A DNA stretch of 64,000 nt from an uncultured Eubacteriales bacterium. GTDB lineage: Bacteria > Bacillota > Clostridia > Oscillospirales > CAG-272. The notes beneath the pieces are model-generated. The model was given only the letters and a program-made list of their open reading frames with translations. It made no database searches and had not been told where the DNA came from. Both the position numbers and the translations under genes were made by a program. The stretch's first letter is position 1; every line of letters starts with the position of its first letter. The stretch spans positions 22,581-86,580 of the forward strand of contig CAKSLQ010000011.1 of assembly GCA_934467415.1 (NCBI GenBank), in the 5' to 3' direction. Shown here one piece after another: positions 17,248-25,418 of this stretch.

Positions 17248-19071
17248 TTATTTTTGCTGCTCGGCAACGACCACGATCTCGCAGAGGGTCGCCGTGCCGG
17301 AAGCAGCGGGTGCCGCCTCAAAATACAGCTTCACCGTCTTTGTCTGTGTCCCCTCCGGCAGATTGCCGCAGGTCAGCACCACGGGGGTCTGCCCCTCAAC
17401 GGCGGAAAAATTCTTCGCACGCAGGCGGTAGGTATCGTCCAGCACCGCCGAGACGTTCTTCGGCGAGAGGGTCGCATGCTCCGTGCCGAAGATCCACAGC
17501 GCCGACAGCTCGACCGCGCTGTCAAACTCCAGCGTGATGCAGCCGTCCGCCGTGACCTCAAAGCGATAGAGATCCGCGTCGCCGAGCTTGCCTGTGACGA
17601 CACCGTCGAGCAGGTTTTCCGCGCTGCCGTTCAGCGTCGGGTAGCTTGACGTGATCTTCACGCCGCTGTATTTCTTATAGAGCCCGTTTGCCCCCGATGG
17701 GATCGGCTGCATGTAGACGGAAGGCCCGCTGACCGCGAGGCTGCCGTCGGGGCGCACGACCAGCTTGTCAAAGCAGGGGGTTCGGTTCGCCACGGGATTG
17801 GTGGTCTGCGTCACGTCGGCGTGGGAATGGTACACAAGGTACAGCTCGGTGCCGTCCGGCGAACGCGTGACACTGCAATGCCCCGTTCCCGAGGTCTTTT
17901 TGCCGTCACCGATCAGGATCGGGTTCTCCGCCGCCTTTTTGTATGTACCGAGCGGTGCGGACGCCGTGGCGTAGCCGACCGAATAGGCTGCGGAGGCATA
18001 ATAGTTGGCGGTGAACAACAGATAATACGTCCCGTTTTGCTTGAATACGCAGGGACCCTCGTTCCAGAGTGTGCTGCCGCTCTTCAGCTCCCACGCCGAC
18101 GTCGGCGTGGCGAGCAGCACCGGCTCGCCGACCGTGCCGCTGAGGTCGGACGCAAGCTCGATCCCGTAGACCTGGCTTGTTTTCTTGCCGTTCACCACAT
18201 TCTCGGAGCAGTCGCGCGCATAGTAGAGATAGATCCTGCCGTCGTCGTCAAAGAGCAGGCTTGCGTCAATGACGCTGTAGTCCGGCGCAAACAGCGGATG
18301 GTCGTACACATCGGTGAAGGGACCTGCGGGATTGTCCGCTTTGGCCAGCCCGATAGAGTGACGCAGCCCCGTCGAGGACAGGCTGCCCTCGACCTTGCGC
18401 GCCGCCGAATAGACCATGTAGTACGCGCCGTTCCATTTGTAGACCTCGGGCGCCCAGTAGTTCTGCGTGCCGAAGGACTTCTCGGTCTCGGTATAGGCGT
18501 CGCCGAGCTCCGTCCAGCTCTTGAAGGTGTCGGAGGACCAGCAGCGGAATTTGCCGCCCGTGCAGTACATGTAATACTTGCCGGATGCCTCGTCGTACAG
18601 CACAAAGGGGTCGCCGATGTGCGAGATCTGCCGGTAGGGGCTGACAAAATAGTCCGCACCGTTTTGCCGGCTGTTTGCAATGTCAATCAGTTCGTTCACT
18701 TTCTTCTCCGTTGTCGCACTTGTTGCCGCGGTTGTATCTGCCGCGCTTGTAGCCGTACTTGTGGCCGTACTTGTTGCTTCGGCGGTTGCCGCCGTCGCGG
18801 TTGTCTCCGTCGTCGCTTCCGGCGGTTCGGTCGTCGCCGCAGGCGTCCCGGCCGTGGCGGGCGCGCTTGTCGCGTCCGTGTCGGTCGTCACCTCTGCGGA
18901 GGCGGTCGTCACCTCTGCGGAGACGGTCGTCTCCTCTGCGGAGGCGGTCGGCGCCGATGTGTCCGCCGACGATGCGGGCGGCTGCGTATCCGGTGCGGGC
19001 TTCTCCCCGCAGCCGGGCAGCGCGAGCGCCGCCGCAAGCAGGCAGAGCGCAATGATCTTTCTTTGTTTCAT
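17248..19071 (-). CDS. Extracellular GH43 lipoprotein (paralog of 14076..15512) with a Thr/Ala-rich linker
   Basis: Lipobox LALPGCG, then a T/A/S/E-rich linker of about 100 aa, then the same GH43 blocks (GDPFVLY, WAPEVY, IDASLLFDDDG, WNEGPC). Its ATG overlaps the upstream stop as ATGA. Confidence 0.8.
   Translation of the reverse strand: MKQRKIIALCLLAAALALPGCGEKPAPDTQPPASSADTSAPTASAEETTVSAEVTTASAEVTTDTDATSAPATAGTPAATTEPPEATTETTATAATAEATSTATSTATSAADTTAATSATTEKKVNELIDIANSRQNGADYFVSPYRQISHIGDPFVLYDEASGKYYMYCTGGKFRCWSSDTFKSWTELGDAYTETEKSFGTQNYWAPEVYKWNGAYYMVYSAARKVEGSLSSTGLRHSIGLAKADNPAGPFTDVYDHPLFAPDYSVIDASLLFDDDGRIYLYYARDCSENVVNGKKTSQVYGIELASDLSGTVGEPVLLATPTSAWELKSGSTLWNEGPCVFKQNGTYYLLFTANYYASAAYSVGYATASAPLGTYKKAAENPILIGDGKKTSGTGHCSVTRSPDGTELYLVYHSHADVTQTTNPVANRTPCFDKLVVRPDGSLAVSGPSVYMQPIPSGANGLYKKYSGVKITSSYPTLNGSAENLLDGVVTGKLGDADLYRFEVTADGCITLEFDSAVELSALWIFGTEHATLSPKNVSAVLDDTYRLRAKNFSAVEGQTPVVLTCGNLPEGTQTKTVKLYFEAAPAASGTATLCEIVVVAEQQK
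18883..18945. repeat. 3 x 21-nt tandem repeat inside the GH43 linker
   Basis: GGTCGTCACCTCTGCGGAGGC / ...GAC / GGTCGTCTCC..., encoding SAEVTTA-type heptads. Confidence 0.8.
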
Positions 19072-20804
19072 TCCTTTGTTACAGTATAGGTCTCCCGGTT
19101 GTAGTCCACCGTGAACACCGTTCCGTCCGAATAGGTCGTGCGGTAGACGCCCTCGGCGAGCTTCTCGTGGTTCTCCATGAATTCATACTGGAGGTGCTTG
19201 TACTTCTCGTACTCATCGTAGGCGACCTTGATGGCGTCTGTGGCGCGCTCGATGTCGTCGTCATTTGCGCAGTGCAGGTCGAGGTCACCCATCCAGTTGC
19301 GGTCGGCGCCGAACTTGCTGTAGAAATACATGACCGGGCGCCCGCCGTACTCGAGGAACTTCAGGTGCTGGTACGCCTCCTTGACCGGGTAGTTGACGGT
19401 CTGCGAGGTCGGGTTGGAAAGGACGATGCCGTGATACACCAGCTGCCAGAACGGAATGCCCTCGTCAAACAGCGCGCACTGCTCGTGCGTCAGCCTTGAC
19501 TGCACGCCGATATAGAGCGCCGCGTCCAGGTATTCGTTCATGTAGTCCATGTAGCCCTCGGTCTGGAAGCCGCCGAAGAGGTCGCGACAGTAAGCGGCAA
19601 CCTTTCTGTGGTAGTCCCAGGCCTCCTTGCGGGAGACGGGGTGGTTTTTGTCATAGCACTTCTCGGGGATGATGGCGGTCAGCTCATCGTTGTAGTGCAG
19701 CCCCTCAAAGCCGTAGCCGCGCACCTTCGGAAAATCCTTGATGACATAGTTTTCCCAGGCGGTTCTGGCGCAGAGGTGATACGGCTCGCCGCCGTTGAGC
19801 CCATCCTTCTTATAGTGCTCGCGGATGTAGGGCTCGGGGTCGCCGCAGGCGTTTTTCTTCTTGGTGAGGAGGTCGCGGTCGAAATTGTCCGCGATCTCGT
19901 ACGCGCCGCAGGAGACCGTGTGGCAGACCACCTGATAGCCCATGCGCTGTGCCTTGGCGATGAAGGCGCGCAGCGCCTCGTCCCCGCCGAAGCGCTCGTC
20001 CGAGGGGTACTGCTGGGGGAAACGGCCGTCATGCCCGCCGGGTCCCCAGCCGACGAGGCAGATCTCCGCCTTGTCAACGCCTTTTGCCTGCATACGGTCC
20101 ACGATCTTGTTCAGCCGCTCGACATCGCAGGCGACAAACATCTCGGGCTCGTTTGCAAGGTTCTGATGGCGCACCGGGGTGGGGATCGGCTTCCAGCCCA
20201 TGCGGATGCGCAGCTCCATGCCGTCCGCCGCACGGCGGAGCGGCTCACGCAGCGCGGCGCGCTTCCGCAGCGGCACACAGCCGCAGAAATCCAGCTGATA
20301 CTGCCGGTAGGCACGCGCCATCGCGGAATAGCTTGCGCCCGGCATGCGCGTGTAGACGATCTCGACATCCTCGTCCGGCTCGTCGCCGTCGAAGCGGAAC
20401 TGCGGCGTGACGGTGTAGACGCCGTTCTTCACCTCGATCTCGAAGCGGCCGTCAAACGCCTCGCCGCGGATGTGGACAAACACGGCGCGCTCGCTCTCGC
20501 AGGCAAAGCCGCAGACCAGCGTCGCGGTCGGCCAGGTCTTGAACAGTGTGTCCGGCTTTTCGTCAAAGCGGGTCAGCGCAAAGCCGTAATAGAAGTTGGT
20601 GGGGTAAAACATATAGCCGGCGTCGCCCGCATGTGCGGTCGTCAGCGTCGATTCCACGCGCAGCGTTTCCATGCGCGGGTTGGACAGTGCGGCGCGCGGG
20701 ATGACCACGCGGATCTCGCCTCCGTTTTCCCGAACGGCGGGCGTAAAGGTTTTTGTAAAGCCGCCGACCGTGACGCCGGTGACCTTGAAGCTGTACTCGT
20801 TCAT
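19068..20804 (-). CDS. Uncharacterised TIM-barrel-like putative glycoside hydrolase (resembles DUF5696-type proteins), cytoplasmic
   Basis: Trimmed to MNEYSFKVTG (ATG at 20804, GGAGG SD). No signal peptide. Contains CLVGWGPGGHDGRFP and FIAKAQRMGYQVVCH, which look like beta/alpha-barrel strands. The family name is from memory only. Confidence 0.4.
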   Translation of the reverse strand: MNEYSFKVTGVTVGGFTKTFTPAVRENGGEIRVVIPRAALSNPRMETLRVESTLTTAHAGDAGYMFYPTNFYYGFALTRFDEKPDTLFKTWPTATLVCGFACESERAVFVHIRGEAFDGRFEIEVKNGVYTVTPQFRFDGDEPDEDVEIVYTRMPGASYSAMARAYRQYQLDFCGCVPLRKRAALREPLRRAADGMELRIRMGWKPIPTPVRHQNLANEPEMFVACDVERLNKIVDRMQAKGVDKAEICLVGWGPGGHDGRFPQQYPSDERFGGDEALRAFIAKAQRMGYQVVCHTVSCGAYEIADNFDRDLLTKKKNACGDPEPYIREHYKKDGLNGGEPYHLCARTAWENYVIKDFPKVRGYGFEGLHYNDELTAIIPEKCYDKNHPVSRKEAWDYHRKVAAYCRDLFGGFQTEGYMDYMNEYLDAALYIGVQSRLTHEQCALFDEGIPFWQLVYHGIVLSNPTSQTVNYPVKEAYQHLKFLEYGGRPVMYFYSKFGADRNWMGDLDLHCANDDDIERATDAIKVAYDEYEKYKHLQYEFMENHEKLAEGVYRTTYSDGTVFTVDYNRETYTVTKE

Positions 20805-20834
20805 GATGCCTCCGTATACCGATTTTATACCTTC

Positions 20835-20863
20835 AGTATATCGCTTCGGGACACCGTTTTCAA
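20835..20863 (-). promoter_or_regulatory. Promoter of the DUF5696-like / GH43 / SLH-paralog operon
   Basis: On the reverse strand: TTGAAA, 17 nt, TATACT. Confidence 0.5.
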
Positions 20864-20898
20864 TGTACTTTTTCACCCGGCTATTGTATTTTCCGAGC

Positions 20899-20931
20899 AA
20901 AAAGCGGGCGGGTGTTCCGCCACCCGCCCGC
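20899..20931 (-). terminator. Strong terminator directly after the small ORF
   Basis: GCGGGCGGGTG-ttccgc-CACCCGCCCGC, followed by TTTTT on the reverse strand. It lies 8 nt after the stop at 20940. Confidence 0.75.
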
Positions 20932-20939
20932 TCGCCGCA

Positions 20940-21119
20940 TCAGTTGTAGAAGAAGTCCGACCAGTTCTTATACTGATACCGTTCGGACGTGATGTCAAAC
21001 GTGTTCAGCGCCCCGCGAGCCTCATATTCGCCGGGGTTCACCTCGCCGCTGGCCAGCAGAATATCGTTTGCGGCCAGTTCCACCTTTTGCAGGGTCGGTT
21101 TTATATAGGTATGCTTCAT
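20940..21119 (-). CDS. Small ORF (59 aa), second member of the peptide family
   Basis: The track ORF 20940..21218 is trimmed to the ATG at 21119 (AAAGGGAG 10 nt upstream). Translation: MKHTYIKPTLQKVELAANDILLASGEVNPGEYEARGALNTFDITSERYQYKNWSDFFYN. An alternative ATG at 21140 overlaps the upstream stop as ATGA. Confidence 0.6.
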   Translation of the reverse strand: MKHTYIKPTLQKVELAANDILLASGEVNPGEYEARGALNTFDITSERYQYKNWSDFFYN

Positions 21120-21136
21120 TTTATTCACGCTCCCTT

Positions 21137-22726
21137 TCATCCGATGATCGTGTTGACACTCACACCTGCCGCGATCGGCAGCGTGTACTGCACGCCGTCG
21201 GCCTCGACAAACGCCCATGCGTAAATCGTCGTGTCAAGCTCGCTTTGCGGGATCTCGGCAAGGTCGAGCGCAAACGCCGTCTCCGTGCCGTCCGTCGCCG
21301 TCCATTCCGCCACCTTGGCGCTGCCGATGACGTCGGTCTTGGCAACGAAGATGCCGTAGCGGGCGACGGTTGCATCCGCCGTCGTCACAAGCTTGGCAAT
21401 CAGGCGGATCGTGCCTGCGCCGGTCTTGTCGGTCGCCGCGCTGACGCTGCCGAGCTCCAGCTTTGCCGTGATGGCCGGGATATCGCGGGTCTCAGACACG
21501 TTGCAGACCGTGCAGGTGCGCTTCTCCACGCCCTTCACGCCGAAGTCGGCCGGGGTCACGACCATCCAGTCGCCATAGGTGTGTTCGGTCTTGCCCAGAA
21601 CGCCTTCCTCGGTGGCCGAGCAGGTCTTGCAGGGGTAGAGCACTTTGCCCTCCGCCACACAGGTTGCTGGCGTCAGCACCTTGCCGTTGGTATAATCAAA
21701 GTCGTGCGTGTGCGTTGTCAAGGAAGTGAAGTCGCCGCCCATAGTAATCGCCGTATAGCTGTCAGACTCCTGCTGCACTTTATCGGTCGCCTCCAGCGTG
21801 ACTGCGCCCGCGGCCGTCAGACCGACGCTGCCGTTCGGCTTCATGGCGAAAGAGCCGACCTCGCCGCCGGTCCAGAGCAGGGTCAGATCGCTTGCCGCAA
21901 CATTGTGGACGCCCGCGCCGTAGACCGCGCCGACCGATGCATCGCCGAACACCTCCACACGGACACTGCCGACCGTGGTGTTTCTCGACTGATAGCCTGC
22001 CGCGTACAGCTCGTTGACCGCAGCCGTGCCGCCGATGTGCACGTTGATGTCGCCGTAGGTGCAGGCATTTGACGCCGTGACACCCTGCGCCGTGCCGAAC
22101 TGGCGCGGACCGCCGACCACGATCATATCGCTGCCGGAGAGCACGGTGACATTCGTCGCCGTGGGTCTGTCCACATACTTCGGACCGGCTGCGCCGCCGA
22201 AGTTATGCTGCACGCTGCCGACCACCCAGAACGCCTTGCCGATGTCACCGCCGGTATAGTTGTTCATCGCAACGCCCTCGCCGATGGTGACGGCATGGTG
22301 CTGACCGACCACCATAAAGGAGGTGCCGTCCGCCGACGCAAAGGTGACATTCTCAAAGGTCGTGTCGTCCGCAAGGCCGAAGCGGGCATACTTCGAGGTC
22401 TTGTAGACCGCGCCGCTGTCGCGATAGTCCACGCCGCCGTACACACTGGTAATCGTGATGGACTTTGCGGAGTGCGCGCGTGCAAAGTGCGTGCTCTGCG
22501 AGAATGCGCCGCAGAGGACGACCGTGCCGTCCTGGTCGGGGTCGAGCAGGTTGTACGCCGCGTTGAGGCCGGCAACCGCTGTCTCCGGGGTCAGACCGTC
22601 CGCCTCATTGTTGCCGCTCCCGCTCAGGTACACGACGGTCGCCGTGCCTGCCGCCGAAGCGCAGAGTGCAAATGTCAGGAGCATCAGAAGCGCCGTGACA
22701 AGTGCTAGGCCGAATTGCTTTTTCAC
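21137..22726 (-). CDS. Secreted beta-helix-like protein, paralog C, with a Cys-rich insert
   Basis: Trimmed to the GTG at 22726 (AAAGGAG SD), giving VKKQFGLALVTALLMLLTFALCASA as a signal peptide. Module motifs VVYLSGSGNNEADGLTPE and TITSVYGGVDYR. The C-terminal domain aligns with paralog A (IYAWAFVEADG vs IYAWAYVNLAG). Confidence 0.7.
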   Translation of the reverse strand: MKKQFGLALVTALLMLLTFALCASAAGTATVVYLSGSGNNEADGLTPETAVAGLNAAYNLLDPDQDGTVVLCGAFSQSTHFARAHSAKSITITSVYGGVDYRDSGAVYKTSKYARFGLADDTTFENVTFASADGTSFMVVGQHHAVTIGEGVAMNNYTGGDIGKAFWVVGSVQHNFGGAAGPKYVDRPTATNVTVLSGSDMIVVGGPRQFGTAQGVTASNACTYGDINVHIGGTAAVNELYAAGYQSRNTTVGSVRVEVFGDASVGAVYGAGVHNVAASDLTLLWTGGEVGSFAMKPNGSVGLTAAGAVTLEATDKVQQESDSYTAITMGGDFTSLTTHTHDFDYTNGKVLTPATCVAEGKVLYPCKTCSATEEGVLGKTEHTYGDWMVVTPADFGVKGVEKRTCTVCNVSETRDIPAITAKLELGSVSAATDKTGAGTIRLIAKLVTTADATVARYGIFVAKTDVIGSAKVAEWTATDGTETAFALDLAEIPQSELDTTIYAWAFVEADGVQYTLPIAAGVSVNTIIG

Positions 22727-22750
22727 TGTTATCAATCTCCTTTCGCCGAT

Positions 22751-22790
22751 GCCGACAGCATCGCTTCTTTCATCAGCCGACAGCATCGCT
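22751..22790. repeat. Two 15-nt direct repeats in the paralog C leader
   Basis: GCCGACAGCATCGCT at 22751-22765 and again at 22776-22790 (25-nt period). They lie between the predicted -10 and the SD. Confidence 0.7.
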
Positions 22791-22802
22791 TTTTATATAA
22801 AC

Positions 22803-22831
22803 AGAATAGCATTGCCGTGCCGCATTTCCAA
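22803..22831 (-). promoter_or_regulatory. Putative promoter of the paralog C / small ORF cassette
   Basis: On the reverse strand: TTGGAA, 17 nt, TATTCT. Confidence 0.35.
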
Positions 22832-22851
22832 TGTATTTTTCGGGAGAATGG

Positions 22852-22880
22852 TTGTATTTTTCAGCAAAGCTTGCTATAAT
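22852..22880 (+). promoter_or_regulatory. Promoter of the AraC-family gene
   Basis: TTGTAT, 17 nt, TATAAT. It lies 21 nt upstream of the ATG region, which carries a GGAGG SD. Confidence 0.5.
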
Positions 22881-22901
22881 GGAGGAAAAGGAGGGATCGC
22901 C

Positions 22902-23738
22902 ATGACCGAACTGATTTCCCTTGACGCCATTGAACCGAAGCATCTGTTCTGTGACATCTACGGGCTTCCGCAGCGCTGGCAAAAGGGCGAAAGCTGGAGC
23001 TTTATCGGCTCACCGCGCCGGGATCACGGCTTTGCCTACATCCTTTGCGACGAGGCCTATATTCGCCTTGCCGACGGCACGGAGCAGCATTTCCGCCGCG
23101 GCAGTCTTTTGTATATTCCGAAAGGCTGTGAATATTACGCCGAGTACCGCGGCACGACCGGCGCCTGCTCGGACATCCTTGTCAACTTTGATATCCGCGA
23201 CACCTGCGGCGGCGAATATGCCCTCGCGGACGAGGTGACCTGCCTGCTCCGCACCGTGCCGCCCCAGCTGGCAAACGACATTGAGAAGCTGGCGGAGGCC
23301 AGCACCAATCTCAGGCACCCTGCCCTGCGCGTGACCCGCATGTTCTACGCCTTGCTGGAAAATCTGCTGGCCTGCATCATGCTGCTGCACACCGACGGCG
23401 GCGCCGAGGCTGACCCGACTGCGCCCGCCCGCTTCTACATCGACCACCATATCGGCGACAAGATCCCGGTGGCCGAGCTTGCGAAAATGTGTCTGCTGTC
23501 CGAGTCGGCGTTCCGCAGGGCATTCCATACGGCAACCGGCATGTCTCCGGCACAGTACAAGGTACACGTCAAGATCCGCAAGGCGCAGGAGCTGCTCGCC
23601 GGTACGCCCGAGGTCTCCATCGCCGAGATCGCGGACATCCTCGGCTTCTACGACATGTCCTATTTCTACAAATCCTTCACCGCACAGGTCGGCACGACGC
23701 CGGGACAATATCGCGAGGAGGCGCAGGCGGCGCGCTGA
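22902..23738 (+). CDS. AraC-family transcriptional regulator (cupin-like sensor plus HTH)
   Basis: Trimmed to MTELISLDAIEP (ATG at 22902). The C-terminal HTH is AELAKMCLLSESAFRRAFHTATGMSPAQY...IAEIADILGFYDMSYFYKSF. Confidence 0.85.
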   Translation: MTELISLDAIEPKHLFCDIYGLPQRWQKGESWSFIGSPRRDHGFAYILCDEAYIRLADGTEQHFRRGSLLYIPKGCEYYAEYRGTTGACSDILVNFDIRDTCGGEYALADEVTCLLRTVPPQLANDIEKLAEASTNLRHPALRVTRMFYALLENLLACIMLLHTDGGAEADPTAPARFYIDHHIGDKIPVAELAKMCLLSESAFRRAFHTATGMSPAQYKVHVKIRKAQELLAGTPEVSIAEIADILGFYDMSYFYKSFTAQVGTTPGQYREEAQAAR

Positions 23739-23840
23739 TCTGTAGCCGACCCGCAGCCGGGCCATTGCCTACCTATATCGGAAAATACAATTCACAGCGC
23801 GGATTCTACAATGCAAAAATGCGGGAAACTGTGCTACCAT

Positions 23841-23873
23841 AACTGCGGAAGCAATCTTCCGCAGTTATTTTTA
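23841..23873 (+). terminator. Hairpin plus T-run between the AraC gene and the solute-binding protein gene (terminator or leader structure)
   Basis: AACTGCGGAAG-caat-CTTCCGCAGTT followed by ATTTTTA. It ends 16 nt before the SBP ATG. Confidence 0.5.
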
Positions 23874-23889
23874 TACAACGGAGGCATTT

Positions 23890-25368
23890 ATGAAGCGAAC
23901 AGTTTTATCCGCCGCGGCACTCGTGCTGTGTCTGCTCGCCCTTGCCGCCTGCGGCAAAAAGGAGACGCCGCAGGGCACCACGGCATCCGACGCGGCGACA
24001 GAACCCACCACGGAGGTCACGGGCGAGGTGCTCGGTGTACCGACGCACGCCGACTACGGCGGGGAGACCTTCTCCATTCTGACAGCGGGCAATGTGGCGC
24101 ACCGCGACTTCACCTTTGACGAGCAGTCCTCGCTGCCGATGGATTCGGCGCAGTACCGCCGCCGCGCCCGCGTCGAAGAAGACTACAAAGTCAAGATCGA
24201 GCAGACGCGTATGCAGGGGTATTCCAGCGGTGCGGGGCCCGGATTCATGGAAGTCAGCACCGCGGTGAACGCGGGGGAGACAAAATGGGACCTCGCGCTG
24301 ATCGCCGGGTATGACGTGAGCGTGCTGGCCTACAACGGACTGCTCTATGACCTCAATTCCGTCCCCGGCATTGACCTCACAAAATCCTGGTGGGATCAAA
24401 AGGCCAATGAGAGCCTTGCGATGAACGGCGTCATGTTCTTCTCGACCGGTGAGATCACCACCTCGGACAACAATGCCGCTTTTGTCATCATGTTCAACAA
24501 GGACCTCATGCGCGACTATGCGCTGGATGACCCCTATCAGCTGGTCTACGACGGCAAATGGACGATGGGCAAATTCGCCGAGCTGTGCAAGACCGTCACC
24601 GAGGACCTGAATCAGGACAGTAAAATGGATGAAAACGACCGCTTCGGCCTCCTCGTGTGGGACGACTCGGTGGTCGGCATCGTCAACGCGGCCGGACAGC
24701 GCTGCTGCACGATCGAGGACGGCGAGATCCGGCTGACGCTCTACAACGAGACCACGCTCTCCGCGCTTGAGACCTACTTCTCCATCGCCTATGACACGCA
24801 GTATGCGTTTACCTATCAGCGAAACGGCAGCGGCACCGACTATGAGCAAAGGCTGTGGGAGGGCAACCACGGGCTGTTCTGGACGACCTATATGGGCATC
24901 GTCCCGACCTTCCGCGAGATGGAGAGCGACTTCGGCCTGCTTCCCTACCCCAAGCTGACCGAAAAGCAGGACGCCTACTACAGCACGGTCGCACCCTTCA
25001 ACTCGCAGTTCATCTGCGTGCCGCTGGTGCAGGACGACATCGAGCGCACCGGGACAATCACCGAGGCGCTGGCCTATTACGGCAAGGAGATCGTCACCCC
25101 GGTCTACTATGATGTGAACCTCATCGGGCAGTCCACGCGCGACGAGGAATCCGCCGACATGCTGGACATCATCTTCGGTTCCTTTGTTTTCGACATCGGC
25201 TACTACTACCAGATCGGCCCCTACAACAAGGAGCTGATCTACATGGTGCGCGAGTTTGACACGAACTTTGCCTCGCGCTACGACGCCAAGGCCGGCACGG
25301 CCGAGGCGCTGCTCGGCGTCATCAATGAATACTATCAGAACGCCGTCTCCCAGTGGAAGACGGAGTGA
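23890..25368 (+). CDS. Extracellular solute-binding lipoprotein (large family-1 sugar SBP); no cognate permeases adjacent
   Basis: Lipobox LLALAACG. 492 aa, LplA-like SBP sequence character. Confidence 0.7.
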   Translation: MKRTVLSAAALVLCLLALAACGKKETPQGTTASDAATEPTTEVTGEVLGVPTHADYGGETFSILTAGNVAHRDFTFDEQSSLPMDSAQYRRRARVEEDYKVKIEQTRMQGYSSGAGPGFMEVSTAVNAGETKWDLALIAGYDVSVLAYNGLLYDLNSVPGIDLTKSWWDQKANESLAMNGVMFFSTGEITTSDNNAAFVIMFNKDLMRDYALDDPYQLVYDGKWTMGKFAELCKTVTEDLNQDSKMDENDRFGLLVWDDSVVGIVNAAGQRCCTIEDGEIRLTLYNETTLSALETYFSIAYDTQYAFTYQRNGSGTDYEQRLWEGNHGLFWTTYMGIVPTFREMESDFGLLPYPKLTEKQDAYYSTVAPFNSQFICVPLVQDDIERTGTITEALAYYGKEIVTPVYYDVNLIGQSTRDEESADMLDIIFGSFVFDIGYYYQIGPYNKELIYMVREFDTNFASRYDAKAGTAEALLGVINEYYQNAVSQWKTE

Positions 25369-25374
25369 AAGAGC

Positions 25375-25409
25375 AAAAAACAGGCTCTCCGTGCGGAGAG
25401 CCTGTTTTT
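25375..25409. terminator. Bidirectional terminator between the SBP gene and argH
   Basis: CAGGCTCTCC-gtgc-GGAGAGCCTG with an A-run and a T-run. Confidence 0.75.
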
Positions 25410-25418
25410 CAGTCTGCT

